Source of the DNA: Octopus vulgaris
Taxonomy: Eukaryota
DNA: 64,000 nucleotides
Direction of reading: 5' to 3'
NCBI GenBank assembly: GCA_951406725.2
Contig: OX597822.1
Location: forward strand, 50,406,001-50,470,000
In this document: positions 27,400-40,801 of the stretch, piece after piece
Layout of the letters: each line of letters opens with the position of its first letter
Position numbering within the stretch: the first letter of the stretch is position 1
Notes under the pieces: model-generated
What the model saw: only the letters and a program-made list of their open reading frames with translations
What the model was told of the DNA's origin: nothing
The model's database searches: none
Translations under genes and position numbers: made by a program

Positions 27400-27920
27400 T
27401 GTATTCTTCAACATTTCTCTATCTTCACTACTACTGCAGTTCTAATATCATGGACAACCATATCTAAAATTACATCGACAGATATAGAGCAGCTACGCTG
27501 GCATCGAGAGATTGGGAGAAAACTAAGCTAACAATGCTAGCTAATGTTGCAGCTTACAAATACCTTATCCACGACACACTGCTTTACGGTAGTAAAGCTT
27601 CAAGTTGGCAAACCGAGTCACAAGCAATATGATCCTGTTTCGCTTGCTGTGAAGAGATTCCTCATCTAACTGACTCCACATTAGACTGAAAGTTATTTGC
27701 AAGAAAGGTATCAAATTTCTTTTACATGAATGTTGAAATGTGGGCGAATATTGCTTATGATCACATCTACAAGAGCCTTCATCTGCAGGGAGGCGAGAGG
27801 AGAAGACGGCGTTTACTGATGAAGTAAAGCGTAATCAACTGAAAACCTGAATAGAAATGGCTTCAAATGTTATCACTGCACCAGTGGATGTCTTTTGTCT
27901 CCGCTGGCGCTGTTCTGCAT
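27400..27920 (+). pseudogene. Highly decayed RTE-clade LINE 3' fragment
   Basis: Patchy translations YKYLIHDTLLYGSK (cf. RTE TLLYGSE.W), NVEMWANIAYD (cf. WE..A.DR) and a terminal CxxC...L..H-like segment; many stops and frameshifts. Confidence 0.4.
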
Positions 27921-27998
27921 TTAAGTCTTTCTGGTTCAGATTCACAATCGCCAATACAATATAATGTAATATAATATAACACTCACATAACACACACA

Positions 27999-28035
<37 letters not shown>

Positions 28036-28710
28036 ACACACACACACGCACGCACAGATACTCTGTTCATAACATCCCGAAGAAACTTTTCGGAAGACTG
28101 CCTGACGAGTTCCATAAAACAAAAATTGTTCTACAATCATATTACCAGAGCCGTGCCAATGAAATAAAAAAAAACTTAAGAATCTATCATATTCTGGGTT
28201 GCTGTCATTCGAAAGCGTACATACCAATGGGAACCTAAGTTTCCGTATTTAAACGGGCAACATCATGTTAATTTACCAAGATTTACAGTATGTTGTAAAC
28301 ATTCATTTTCTGTTAAATGGAGTATGAGTGGTTATATTTGCATGGACTTGCTGCAACAATCGATCATGCTGCGAATAAGAAATGGATTTGGAAATGCGGA
28401 GTTTATTTCATCTGAAATAGACTGTTTTCACACAACCATAAGATTTTTTTTAACAGAATTGGCCAAAGATGTTGATTACTCAAAAAGATGCAGTAGAATA
28501 CAGTTCCTTTTCAACGGACTTGACATCATTAGACGTTTCTTATGATGAGAAATCTTAACACTTAGATAACGATAGAAAAATCCGTGAATTGTGCGGAAGT
28601 ATTATACGAGAATGTGGGCAAGTATTATTCGAACGATATGTTTCTCCTCGATGTTTGTTCTATTCCTATACATTACCTGAGCCAGAGCTGTTGCAATTTT
28701 CGAAACAGAT

Positions 28711-28921
28711 ACTCTTTTACACTTTTGTTTGTTTCAGTCATTCAAATGTGGCCATGCTGCGGCTCGCCTTAGTCGAGCAAATTGACCGTAGAACTTATTC
28801 TTTGTAAGCATAGTACTTATTCTATGGGTCTTTTTTGTCGAACCTCTGAGTTACGGGGATGTAAACACACCAGCATCGGTTGTCGGGCGATGGTGGTGGG
28901 GGACAAACACAGACACACAAA

Positions 28922-28982
<61 letters not shown>

Positions 28983-29142
28983 GACGGGCTTCTTTCAGTT
29001 TCCGTCTACCAAATCCACTCCGGAGGCTTTGGCGGACCTGAGGCTATAGAAGACACTTATCCAAGGTGCCACGCAATGGATCTGAACCCAGAACCACATG
29101 GTTGGTAAGCAAGCTACTTACCACACAACCACTCCTGCGCCT
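28711..29142 (-). mobile_element. Full-length tRNA-derived SINE
   Basis: Minus strand: AGGCGCAGGAGTGGTTGTGTGGTAAG...GGGTTCAGATCC (A/B boxes), GGCACCTTGGATAAGTGTCTTC (CORE-like), microsatellite spacer, LINE-like tail. Confidence 0.92.
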
Positions 29143-29262
29143 GTGTTCATAAAGAATTAAATCGTCTGTAGATCCTTTTAAGTTTTGAAAATGAAATGTT
29201 TTCAGAATCCTAGACTTTATAATCATTCAAAATTTGTATACATTTTTTTGAGAAACTTTTAT

Positions 29263-29302
<40 letters not shown>

Positions 29303-30433
29303 CCTCTTCCTTGCTTTAGCTTAAATATCCTAAAAACACATCAATATCTCAACATCCATCACCCTGACATTCAACAGCTAACATGTAGACACCTCATGTA
29401 GCTTTTTCGACGGATTGCACTTATCCAATTTTTCTTTTCTTCGCCATGATTTCTCTGATTCTCTCTCTCTTACCCCTCTCTCTCTCTCTCATACACTATA
29501 TGAATGTATGTGTATATTGTGTGTGTGTGTGTGTGTGCGTGTGTATTTCTTTGTCTAGGCCGATGTTTTGCTTCGTTACTGTACAAAGTTTTATTCTCAC
29601 TAGAGTTGTTCAGTGTTAAAAACGACCTTCCTTAGCTAGTCCGATTAAGAACGTTGAGTTCGATTAATATAAGATATATGATTGTATTGATTTGCATTGG
29701 TCAGTTGACTGTGTACAAAATTTGCTAAAAATGCATGTTTGTGTCTTTGTATCTGCGACGCACTGCGTTTATGTGCACTAAATATTACTGTGTTATGTTA
29801 AACTGTACGTCTATATATATGGTTTTATACAAAAAATTTATCCTATATTTTATAGATGCATTTATATATCTTCTATTTATATTTTTTTCACGACATAGGT
29901 ATCCACTTCTCTTATAATGGTAAACATGCACATGCAAATATATGTATGGAAACGAAATATCATGTGCCTCATAAACATATCAGGAGATAATATTTGCAAT
30001 TTCTTTCATGCCCAGATCGAATTTGTGATTATTATCATGAAATATGAGGGTATTCGGTAAAAATGTGGAATATTTTTCAATAAAAAAAATATTGGATACT
30101 ATCATATACCGAACTATATTGATCGAATTACACCATTTCCATGAGTAATGGTTTTCGTTTAGCACACTCAGCAACACGTATAGTATTTCAGATACGGAAC
30201 TGATGATAGGATAATGCTTTCGTACCATCCTGTATATTTTTAATCGTACAATTATATCACCATTGCTACAGTTTGTAAGACTTAAATTTCAATATAATTC
30301 CTTGGCTTCCTAAAGCAACTATGCAAATATCCTTTCCCAGCACTGATGTTTATCGATATCATGTGTGTGTGTATGTATGCATGTATATGGATATCTATAT
30401 AAATATACATATATATATGTATATAAATATATG

Positions 30434-30494
<61 letters not shown>

Positions 30495-30616
30495 ATTATT
30501 TCATACTTTATTTAGTTCAAGGTAAATGTTTTCTATATGGTATGATTTAAGTATATCATTTTTGAATTTCTACATGGAGGCCCTTCTCTAATTTATACAC
30601 ACACACACACACACGC

Positions 30617-30655
<39 letters not shown>

Positions 30656-30690
30656 CAAACACACACAGAAACAAACACAGACACATATAA

Positions 30691-30940
<250 letters not shown>

Positions 30941-31196
30941 GTACACACACATGCATATATTCACATATCTATGCATGAGCAGAATATTTGACCTCGGATA
31001 AATATGGAAGCCATAATGAACGATAGCAATCTCTTTGTATGCGCAGACAGATTTAATCTTTTGTCGTAAAGAGAACGAAAATTTTCATTGAAGAAAAATT
31101 ACCAAGATCCATTGAAACACGTTGATACAGAGATATGTAGGTATGTGTGTGTACATACCTACACACACACACACACACACACCACGCACATATAAA

Positions 31197-31352
31197 CAGC
31201 AACAATAACAACAATGATAATAATAACGATAAGAATAAGAATAAAAACAAAAACAGCAACAACAACAATGATTATAATAAAAATAATAATAATAATAATA
31301 ATAATAATGATGATGCTGATGATGATGATGATGATGATGGTGATGATGATGT

Positions 31353-31383
<31 letters not shown>

Positions 31384-31403
31384 AATAATTGTAATAATAA
31401 TAA

Positions 31404-31434
<31 letters not shown>

Positions 31435-31465
31435 AACCATAATCATAATAACAATGATGATGATA
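31197..31465. repeat. Compound (AAC/AAT/GAT)n trinucleotide microsatellite
   Basis: Direct inspection; poly-N/D/I/M ORFs here are artefacts. Confidence 0.95.
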
Positions 31466-31559
31466 ACTTCTTTATTAACCACAATGTTTTATATTAAGAA
31501 AACATACCATATTGACAGCACAGAACAAACAAAGAATGCGTGTATGTGTGTTAGGAGGG

Positions 31560-33420
31560 TTTTGTGTGTACACGAAATTTAAAGAAAAAAGGGAAGAGAG
31601 AAAGAGAAATGAGGAGACATTCGAGGGCTGCTCATGGAAAAACCCAAAAAAAATCCATGCGTACCCTGGCTTTTGTTGCAGGTGCCTTTTTGTTTTTCCA
31701 ACTACATGTGTATACTCAGAATTCGCCTGTTCACTCGCACCATTCTCGTTACTTTCAACCACCTTTCAGCAAACTGGCTAGAAGACAACTTCCTCTCCAA
31801 TCTTATTTTCCTTTCCAAGTGAAACTTCACCAGGGATTGGCCAAAGAGATAAGTGCTTTGTTTCTGCCCCTTCAATCTCGTCTCACCTGACAACCTATTT
31901 TGGTATGGCCACCAGGCATATAAAAACGGCCTATTCTTCCAGATTAAAGGGAGGCAGCGGGGCGATATTCAGATGGATTTAGTTGATACTCGGATCTGTC
32001 CATCACGTGACAGTAGGTTTTCGAAATAAACCCACAAGACAGCAATGCTTGGGCACTGAACGAGTGCATGCAGGGACGTTCCGTCGTCCTGCGCCCATCT
32101 CAAACATGATAGGCGGATTGCACTTCCGTACCTGTAAAGTTTATGTCGAACAGGCAAAGCTCCCTGGTAACACAGCAGACCAAAGATTTTTGGAAATTAT
32201 CCATCGATCTCAACCCGAAAGTTCTCTGGAAAAGAGTGACTAGCTGATATTCTTCGACGCTCGAGGTCTCCCCAGGAACGTCGTTGCACTTTTCCTCCAC
32301 TAAGCCTCTATAAAAAGTTAAAGTGGCCGTTCCACCTATCACACTGTCCGATTGGCTGAGGGCTCTGAGCACTTGAAGACAGTCCACTTCTCAAATGCTT
32401 CCCATCAGTCTCTATTTTACTCAGGACAGCAGCTCCGTTAAAGAAACTAGTTGCGAAAATAGGTGTCTTTCAAACGGGTGCCACACTTGTTCACCGTCAA
32501 GGAAGCACTGGAGATGTCGTAGCCTCAGCGCATGTCTGCGCATCATCAATCACGGAATTCCCAGGCCACCACGGAGAGAGTACTGTCAGCAGATAGCCCG
32601 CCTGACAATCAAGTCGCGTCCCTTCCATAAGAAGCGGAAGTGTATACGCTCCAGCGTACTCAGGCTGTGGCCAGAACGAGGCACGACGGTCAAGCGATAG
32701 TACATGACAGGCGCCATATACGAGTGATAGCTCTCTCTTGGCCCATTTCTGGGTGAAAGTAGTCAGCCTGCTCGTTACTTCGTCTTACTTTTTGTCCATC
32801 TCGATGTCCAGACCAAAACAGACCCCAAGCAATTTAACCCCCATCCAGTGCCAAGCATGCAGTTGGACGGCATGGACTTGCCTCTTGAGGCATTGAGCCG
32901 CAAACTCACTTATTTGCTCTGGTTAATTGTCTCTCCTGAGACCGCCACGTAGTCTCTGAGAGAAGTGCCGATGTTTTCTATGTGTTTATGATCCGACAGC
33001 ACTACGGTGACGTGGTCGGCATATGCTGACATGTATCTCTCATATCCTAGGTCACACGGGATGCTTCTCAACGCCTCAAGTTTGTGGAGTAGTGGTTCGA
33101 AAGTCATTACGTAGAAGAGATACCAAGGGCAATAACCTTGCCGGGCCGAGCGCATGATGTTGAACGGCTCTGAGAGGTGTCCGACTCTCCACCTATGATG
33201 TCCACCCCTTCCGCATCGAGAAAAGGAACCTCTTCGAGCGCCGAGAAATGTTTGGGAAAGCTCGGTGTCGGTATGGCTGTTGATGTTAGTTGTGCCATAG
33301 CTGAATCTGCTGATGGTAATGGTGGTGCTGCTGTTGTCACTCGAGTTCTGTTGGCTGTTGGTGGTGTAGGGAGGAGAAGTGCCCGTGTCTCTTTTTCCTC
33401 CAGACTAGGACTACGGCTTT
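31560..33420 (-). mobile_element. Decayed, internally deleted Tx1/L1-clade LINE
   Basis: RT motifs RQGYCPWYLFYVMTFEPLL (QGCPLS..EPL), SAYADHVTV (YADD) and GETINQSK; C-terminal SCLRW...TSLHALVQC (CCHC-like) and FAERW. A Pro/Thr-rich ORF1-like piece at 33170-33420 is joined directly to mid-RT. Confidence 0.8.
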
Positions 33421-33619
33421 TAAATAGTTAGTTGAACAAATATGACCCTTTGCTTTCCTTCCATCTACCCTGACTGGAATTATGCTGCTTCCAGGAAGAA
33501 GGATCTGATCCAGGATGAGATACACATTGTAATGTATCGTTTGTGTTAGGAGTTCTATGGTCATCCGTACCAGTTCTCCTTTTAGATGTAATAGGCATCG
33601 AGGAATGTCGACTTTTTCT

Positions 33620-34632
33620 AGATGTTCGCCTATACATGAATAGAGCAAATGGAGGAAGATGACTGATAAGTGTTAAGACTGCCTGCGTATCGAACTCGAG
33701 AGCTTCATGGGATACCTAGCCGAAAATAAAGAAACTTGCTAGTGACAGTTAGGAAGGAGGGAGTATTAAAAACAGATAAAAGGAAAAAACAAAGGAAGAA
33801 GTAAAAAAAGGGCATGGATAAAATTTACTCAGTCAATTCCAATTAGCCACAACAGAAGTTGCTGGAAAATATAGGTGGATTCGCTGATGCACCAAATAAA
33901 GAGACCGAGAAAACTCTAGTGGCAGCACAAGACCAAGCTTTGGAGACGAACTTGAGGGTCAAACTTAGGAATAAGTGCTTACTCCGTGCTACCTCTGCAA
34001 TAGAGTGAATGAAAGCATTGCTCATATCATGAACTAATGCTTTAGACTTGCCCTAGACTTAGAGATATGATCAGGCAGTGAAAGTGCTCCACTGGAAACT
34101 GTGCAAAAAGCGAGGTCTAGAGAGAGGCAAGACGTGGTATGAATACTAAACGCAGAATGTAGCGAAGTCAGAGACTAGTAAAATCCTCTGAGATTTCTCA
34201 ATGCAAACAGATCACGTAAAAGAGCACAACGGATCTGACCAAGTGGCAATGGACAAGATGTACTATTAATGCTATGCAGTTGCTGTTTCATGCGCCTTTG
34301 TCACACGAAGACGCTAGCGAAAAGATAGATAAATACAAGGTGTTTAAATACGAAATAGCCCGGTTATGGAAAATTAAGGAGGTGAATATAGTACCAATTA
34401 TTGTTGGATCATTGGGAACAGTATCAGAAGGCATCAAGAGAAATATAAAGGAAATGGGAATAAAGTGTCCAGTAGAATTGTTACAAAAGGTTCGCCTCCT
34501 TTGCATGGCCAGAATAATCAGGTAAGTACTAGATAGTTGAAGTGAACCAATAGCATGCTACTGTAGGCTGCAGGCAGTAAGCCCTCTACGTATGCAAGTC
34601 TCCAGCAGCCCAAGAAAACCTGTGATAAAGAG
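33620..34632 (+). mobile_element. Old R4/Dong-type (restriction-like endonuclease) LINE 3' half
   Basis: RLYMNRANGGR, LVAAQDQALETN, VLHWKLCKK, EKIDKYKVFKYEIARLWK...IVPIIVGSLGTV; ends at a (TAA)n array. Confidence 0.8.
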
Positions 34633-34633
34633 A

Positions 34634-34681
<48 letters not shown>

Positions 34682-34682
<1 letters not shown>

Positions 34683-35119
34683 CACAGATAGAGAAATTAA
34701 GGCCAACAGACCAGATATAGTTGTCAGAGACCATGAAGAAAAAAAATGCTTTCTAATTGATGTATCAATACCGGCTGATGACAACGTGTCTCTAAAAGAA
34801 ATGGAGAAACTCTCAAAATACAAAGACCTGGAAATAGAGATAACTAGAATGTGGAATCTGAAAACAGAAACAATTCCTATCATAGTAGGTGCATTAGGCA
34901 TGATAAAAAAATATTCAGACAAATACATAAGAAAAACACCAGGACTTACAAACACATATAACATACAGAAAATTGCACTACTAGGCACTGCACACATCCT
35001 ACGCAGAACACTTTCCATACAATAACCATCAGAGCATCACAACAAATCACAGCACATACCCAAGGCACACAGAGCTGCGCTCGGTAGTGAAGTGAAAGCA
35101 CGCTATAAAAATAAAACTA

Positions 35120-35122
<3 letters not shown>
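34682..35122 (+). mobile_element. Young Dong-like LINE 3' fragment flanked by (TAA)n
   Basis: Nearly identical to 46027-46474; intact C-terminus KYSDKYIRKTPGLTNTYNIQKIALLGTAHILRRTLSIQ*; ends ACTACTG then (AAT)n. Confidence 0.95.
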
Positions 35123-35171
<49 letters not shown>

Positions 35172-35173
<2 letters not shown>

Positions 35174-35362
35174 CATGTGCTGAGAAGAGCACTATCGCTG
35201 TGAAAACAACAGCCATCGATGAATTTATTTATTTAGTAATTTTTAAATAAATATTTACCTGTGAATTTGCGTGTGTAATCTGGGAATGCATACAATAAGC
35301 TTCTCTGTCCTAGGTGTATGGAAAACACCCGGCGAGAAACGGAAGAAAATTTAAAGAAAGCT
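35172..35362 (+). mobile_element. Extreme 3' end of another Dong-like family between (TAA)n tracts
   Basis: CATGTGCTGAGAAGAGCACTATCG (HVLRRALS) plus a 3' UTR similar to 47138-47330. Confidence 0.75.
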
Positions 35363-35387
35363 TAATAATAATAATAATAATAATATG

Positions 35388-35464
<77 letters not shown>

Positions 35465-35465
<1 letters not shown>

Positions 35466-36045
35466 CAGAATGATTTAGCAAAAATGGACTTGCGAGTGAT
35501 CATGGATTGCGATCAAGAACAGCCAATGAAAGAGAAGAGATCCTACTCCACATGGAATTGCTAGGTCAGTTCCACCTTGAAACCAACAAATTAAAAGACA
35601 AGGAAGCATCATAGGGCTTGTTTAACAAGTTTGACCTAAAAAAAGAATACTGAAAGCCTAATAATCGCTACCCAGGAACATTTATTGGATATCAACTCAG
35701 TGAGAAAGAATATATACTACACAAGTGCAACGGACCTCTACAGAAAGTATGGGAATACGATCAACAAGGTAACCCAAAATATCCACTGGCTACTATGCTG
35801 TAAGTATGGCTGTGAAGTTACGGGTGCTTGGTCCCAACATACACCGGAAAAGGTAATGAACGAAAAGGGAAAGGCAAATATCCTCCGACACTTTCACTTC
35901 CAGACAGACATGGCATCGAAGGGCCTTAGATGAGACAAACAAGTGTGCCTAACAATCGACGTGGCATTGCCTGGAGAACAACATATCATCATGAATGAAA
36001 GAGAAAAGTTTGATAAATATAGTGACTTGAGAATTGACAAAATAA
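35465..36045 (+). mobile_element. Decayed Dong-like LINE fragment (zinc knuckle/RLE region)
   Basis: ESLIIATQE, NIHWLLCCKYG...WSQHTPEKVMNEKGKANIL, CLTIDVALP...EREKFDKYSDLRI. Confidence 0.75.
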
Positions 36046-36199
36046 AGAGCGCGATGCGATCGCAATACATATATTATTGGTTGAACGATATTTCGACAGC
36101 AAGCCAGTCTTTGTCGTGTTCAGAATAGAATGTGATAAAAATCCAAAATTATACAAATTCAAATCTAATGTATGAACGAGAACAACCAGCGTCCATATA

Positions 36200-37035
36200 C
36201 TGATGGAATAGCATCATCAGTCTTTAAGTTTCAATGTTTTAACTGGCGAAGAAAAAAAGACAGAAAAAAATTGAGAACAAGTAGGAAAGAAAAAAGAAAA
36301 GGAAAAAGAATATTGAATCAAGCAATTTTGTGTAAATTTGATGATATTCTCCTGTCATTTTATTCATTCCTCCGGGATAATAATCCGCACACATATTTTC
36401 TGGAATTGATTTGACTCATGTTGTTGCGCAATAAATAGGGCTTACTTCTCTTGCGGCTGTTTTTCAAGGTACAGCATACATATACTCCAATGTTAGTTTT
36501 CTTGGAGTCAGGATTTCTTATATTGTTATTCCATATAAAAGCAGTATAGGCAGCTGAGGAAATATCTGTTTGAAATGAGGATACATTCCCGCAACATGCT
36601 GGTAATTTTCATGCAAACTTTTGAAGTACAAGCAAACTTTTGGTGCCAGATAATCACTAAAGGAGTCCTGTCACATATTGCACTGTGCTTGCTAAAATTA
36701 TGCGTGATGGTTTCACTTACTTTGCTAATCCTATCCCGTTTGCTATTCCCTTTAATCGTGATTCACTGTAACTGCATCTGACATAATGGTATACAAATCA
36801 TTTGCATGTTTCCAGTAAACCCCTATGTCAGTACAAACCCGTTTTATTCTCAACAGTTGCGATTCCGATTTAACCGAATTATATGATGTGGATGATTGGA
36901 GCGACAGTTCAAATGCATATGCGAGGGCAAAAAGGCTACAATCATATGCGCCAAATTGGGGATTAGTAATATGAACTTATTGAAATCTAGGAATTATATT
37001 TGTTTGTGGTGAATAGAAAATTGTTATTTTTGCTA
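36200..37035 (-). pseudogene. Very decayed Penelope-like RT C-terminus/linker remnant
   Basis: Minus-strand translation QFSIHHKQI*FLD ... HMHLNCRSNHPHHII (cf. PLE FT.E....IPFLD and YL...S.HP.H) and NNIRNP; weak, by-eye similarity only. Confidence 0.3.
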
Positions 37036-38249
37036 CTATTTCTTGTGGTACCGGTAAGTTCAAACTGTCATAAATATAAGCACATCCGAAAAATTTGGTC
37101 GACAAAGCAAATTGATTTTTGCTGGTGTTATGAATGAACAGTGTGTGGTGTGGATTGTATGTTTCAAATTATGTGTGGGGAAAAATGGTTGGTTGCATTG
37201 GGATTCCAGGAAATATTTCCGTTACGATTTTTCAATCCAGTGTCAATAGGTTTGTCACATAACATTTGTTCCGAAAGTAAAAGCGACATTCAAACAAATG
37301 TTCTCAACGAAAACGTTTCCTTGCCCACTGGCTCAGAAGAATGAGAAATTAGATTTTTCCACATCGTTACTTTTTTGTCTTCAGGGCCAAAATTTCCTTC
37401 TTTGCAAAGTTCATCAAACAAGTACACAAATAGTTCAAACGATTTTTAGAAGAAAATATCTGTCCAAGGACACTTAAATTCTCTTTGATGTCTGCACCAA
37501 GCAATACTAATTTCCAAAGATAGTGTTCAATAATAGCTTCCATTATGTTAAATGAATTATTCTCACCAAGGAATTTAAACTTTTAAAGCAAAGAATTGTC
37601 TGGTTGTGATGCACACATTGGTATCTATGGAGCAGATTTTTATTTAAGATATGGTGTATTCACGCAATCCTCAAGTTAGCCTGAAACTATTAGTATATTA
37701 GTTGCTCTTAAAAAATATATTGTGTTTATTAAACGATATATATGGGGGGTCATCATGTCAATAGAAATTAAAATAAACACGCGAAGTGGTTCTACAAGTC
37801 ATTAACTTACCAGAAAACTGTACAATTATTTGTTTAATGTATTGATTCGATAATCTATCGGTGGTAATTATCTCTGATCGACTCTTTTCGTCACTAATCA
37901 CAACCTCATCAATGGCGGTTCCTCACATTACAGGGTCTGGTTTGAGCCTGTCTGAGAAGTAGTCCTATGCCTAATTGCATGTATTTGTGAAGGTATGTAT
38001 GCATGCATGTATGTATGTATTTTTGTATTTATGTATGTAATTATATATGTATATCTCTTCTATTTTTAAATTATTATAAATATTCCACTGAGGAGGGAGC
38101 CGGTTTCCTACAAAGATATACAGGACTCCATCTTTGGGATGTAGTTAACATAGACAATTTCACATTTAGAACTTGCGAAAAGTCTTGCATGTTTTTACTA
38201 TTCCACTCACAGATTGCACTTGTAATGTACGAATTAGCCGATCGATTTC

Positions 38250-38820
38250 TTTCTGAAAATCCTACTCTATCCAGATTCTCCTTTAAGCATTTACTAAGAA
38301 AACCTAGTGTTCCAATTATTATTGATATTAATATGAATTCATTGTCTGGACATAAAAGCTGGAGGTTTCAAAGTAGTTGTCTATAAATATCCTCTTTTTC
38401 TTTGATTTTCAAGGAGATATTTATATCTGCATGGTATCTGACCTCTATGATAGTACATACATTTGCCCAACTGTACCAAACAACAATATCCGGCCTGTTA
38501 TGTTTACATTTGACAGACATTTTGATGGGAAAATCCTACAGTATTCCTTGAGTTGGGGTTTAAATATATATTCCATAACAGAAGGATTTACTGAGTTCAT
38601 TTCAGGACAGTTTTTGTTGCGGATTGCATCGTATATAGATTTAGCGACATCGTGCCGCTCTGGGAGGTAGTAGCGTGATGATATCTTAGGACAGCTGGTA
38701 ATCACATGCGTGATGTCTTTCACAGAAATATTACATAATCTACACATCCGGTTGCACCTTATGATTGCAAGAGCTTTACTGTATCACTTGTTCACCAGAT
38801 ATTTGCGACAATTTTGTTCC
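38250..38820 (-). mobile_element. Decayed RLE-type LINE 3' fragment
   Basis: CRLCNISVKDITHVITSCPKISSRYYLPERHDVAK = CCHC knuckle + RHD motif; related to the plus-strand remnant at ~57760-58100. Confidence 0.8.
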
Positions 38821-39039
38821 TGCAAACACATAGTCCTCAATGTGTGTATGCATGCATATATGAATATATCTTTGTATGTATGCATGTATGCATGTATGTA
38901 TGCATGCATGCATGTATGAATGTATGTATGTAGTATGCATGTATGCGTGAATTTATTTATGTATGTATGCATTTATGTATGTATTATGTATGAGAGATCT
39001 TGAAGAGAACCGACTGACATTATTCTGTTTCAATTACCG

Positions 39040-39097
<58 letters not shown>

Positions 39098-39309
39098 TCA
39101 CCTGTAGAAATGAGTTGCGACGTCACTGGTGCCAAGCTGTACCGACCTTTGTCTTTCCCTTGGATAACACTGGTGGCGTGGAGAGGGGAGGCTGGTATGC
39201 ATGGGCGACTGCTGGTCTTCCATAAACAACCTTGCCCGGACTTGTGTCTAGGAGGGTAACTTTCTAGGTGCAATCCCATGGTCATTCATGACCGAAGGGG
39301 GTCTTTACC

Positions 39310-39312
<3 letters not shown>
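39098..39312 (+). mobile_element. GC-richer short interspersed element fragment inserted in (AT)n (probable SINE/LINE 3' end)
   Basis: Abrupt compositional island between (AT)n tracts, terminal hairpin GGTCATTCATGACC and a CTTTACCCTTT tail; family not verifiable within the window. Confidence 0.5.
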
Positions 39313-39363
<51 letters not shown>

Positions 39364-39368
<5 letters not shown>

Positions 39369-39768
39369 TTCAACAATTGAGGGTAAAATTAATTAATTAA
39401 TCAATTTCACCAAGTATTCAGTATACAAAGGGACCATTTAAGGCGAATTCAAATTATTACATTATATAAAAGGGCTTAGTAAAATAAATTACTTTGCCGC
39501 ATACTGAACTCATTAGAAATAGCAGCTAAAAAAACATTTTTAAAAACTATTTCCAATACTTAAAGAAAACCTCTCTCATATAGTGTTTGCTCAATTCAAC
39601 TCACAAAAGTATGTCTCTACCCCCATACTTTTGTGAGTTGAATTGAGCAAACACTATATGAGAGAGGTTTTCTTTAAGTATTGGAAATAGTTTTTAAAAA
39701 TGTTTTTTTAGCTGCTATTTCTAATGAGTTCAGTATGCGGCAAAGTAATTTATTTTACTAAGCCCTTT

Positions 39769-39776
<8 letters not shown>
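39364..39776. repeat. Insert containing a perfect 153-bp-arm hairpin (39461-39613 / 39624-39776, 10-nt loop), between (AT)n tracts
   Basis: ATTATATAAAAGGGCTTAG...CACAAAAGTATG-TCTCTACCCC-CATACTTTTGTG...CTAAGCCCTTTTATATAAT. Confidence 0.93.
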
Positions 39777-39802
<26 letters not shown>

Positions 39803-39810
<8 letters not shown>

Positions 39811-40750
39811 ATGAGGGTGTCTAAAAGACACCAACATGCCGAAATAGCAGTCGAAACTCTGACTATAAAACCACGTTAAGTGTTCATATCGCACCATGAG
39901 GTAAAGCGGAGGGACAAAACATACAAGCAAAAATTATTGAATAATTCAATATCCAAGGATTTCTGGTTCTGCTTTAGATAAGCTTTACCGTCATCAATTG
40001 AATATATCAAGGGTACATAAATACAGATATATATATATGCACAGCAAACGATATACTTACATATACGAGCGTCGTACATACATACATATGCACGTATGGA
40101 CACAGCCAGTTTGAATCGCCCGCCAAATCACCGCATAAGTACGACATGGTTAAAATAAGCACCGCAGTGAATATAATAACGATATTATATAATGTGAATA
40201 TAATAACGATATCGATATTAATGTGAATATAATAACGATATCGATATTATCCTCATATATAAATTTATATAATTCGTTATTATATTCACTGCGGTGCTTA
40301 TTTTAACCATGTCGTACTTATGCGGTGATTTGGCGGGCGATTCAAACTGGCTGTGTCCATACGTGCATATGTATGTATGTACGACGCTCGTATATGTAAG
40401 TATATCGTTTGCTGTGCATATATATATCTGTATTTATGTACCCTTGATATATTCAATTGATGACGGTAAAGCTTATCTAAAGCAGAACCAGAAATCCTTG
40501 GATTTTGAATTATTCAATAATTTTTGCTTGTATGTTTTGTCCCTCCGCTTTACCTCATGGTGCGATATGAACACTTAACGTGGTTTTATAGTCAGAGTTT
40601 CGACTGCTATTTCGGCATGTTGGTGTCTTTTAGACACCCTCATTTTTAATTGTTAAAATTTTTTTTACCTTTGTAAGGTATTTCTTTCATGCTGGCCACT
40701 TGATAATTTCGACACTTACATATCGATATTTACCCCATATATTAATCTAT

Positions 40751-40755
<5 letters not shown>
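39803..40755. mobile_element. Non-coding fold-back element (arms 39803-40182 and 40274-40651) with a hammerhead in each arm and a unique 3' extension to ~40755
   Basis: Near-identical ~380-bp inverted arms (mirrored ORFs 39876..40103 and 40294..40578 reflect this); (AT)n flanks. Confidence 0.88.
40451..40510 (+). ncRNA. Type I hammerhead motif, variant core (mirror copy 39944-40003 on minus strand)
   Basis: ATTCAA-TTGATGA-CGGT...ACCA-GAAA-TCCTTGGA-TT-TTGAAT: stem I ATTCAA/TTGAAT, UUGAUGA core, stem III ATCC/GGAT; cleavage triplet AUU (plus copy) or AUA (minus copy). Confidence 0.7.

Positions 40756-40801
<46 letters not shown>

Noticed and set aside
28711-29142. tRNA gene at the SINE heads
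   Set aside because: A/B boxes are present but continue into a SINE body; no complete cloverleaf.
38085-38140. CTGAGGA followed by a hairpin
   Set aside because: No GAAA/stem III/stem I closure; it lies at the tail of a minus-strand LINE remnant.
40167-40250. Short direct repeats resembling a mini CRISPR array
   Set aside because: Eukaryotic context, no spacers of proper length, no cas genes; explained as junction stutter.
39876-40578. Two ORFs with a near-identical C-terminus (...RFTSWCDMNT) on opposite strands
   Set aside because: A by-product of the inverted repeat; no protein similarity and it overlaps the hammerhead.
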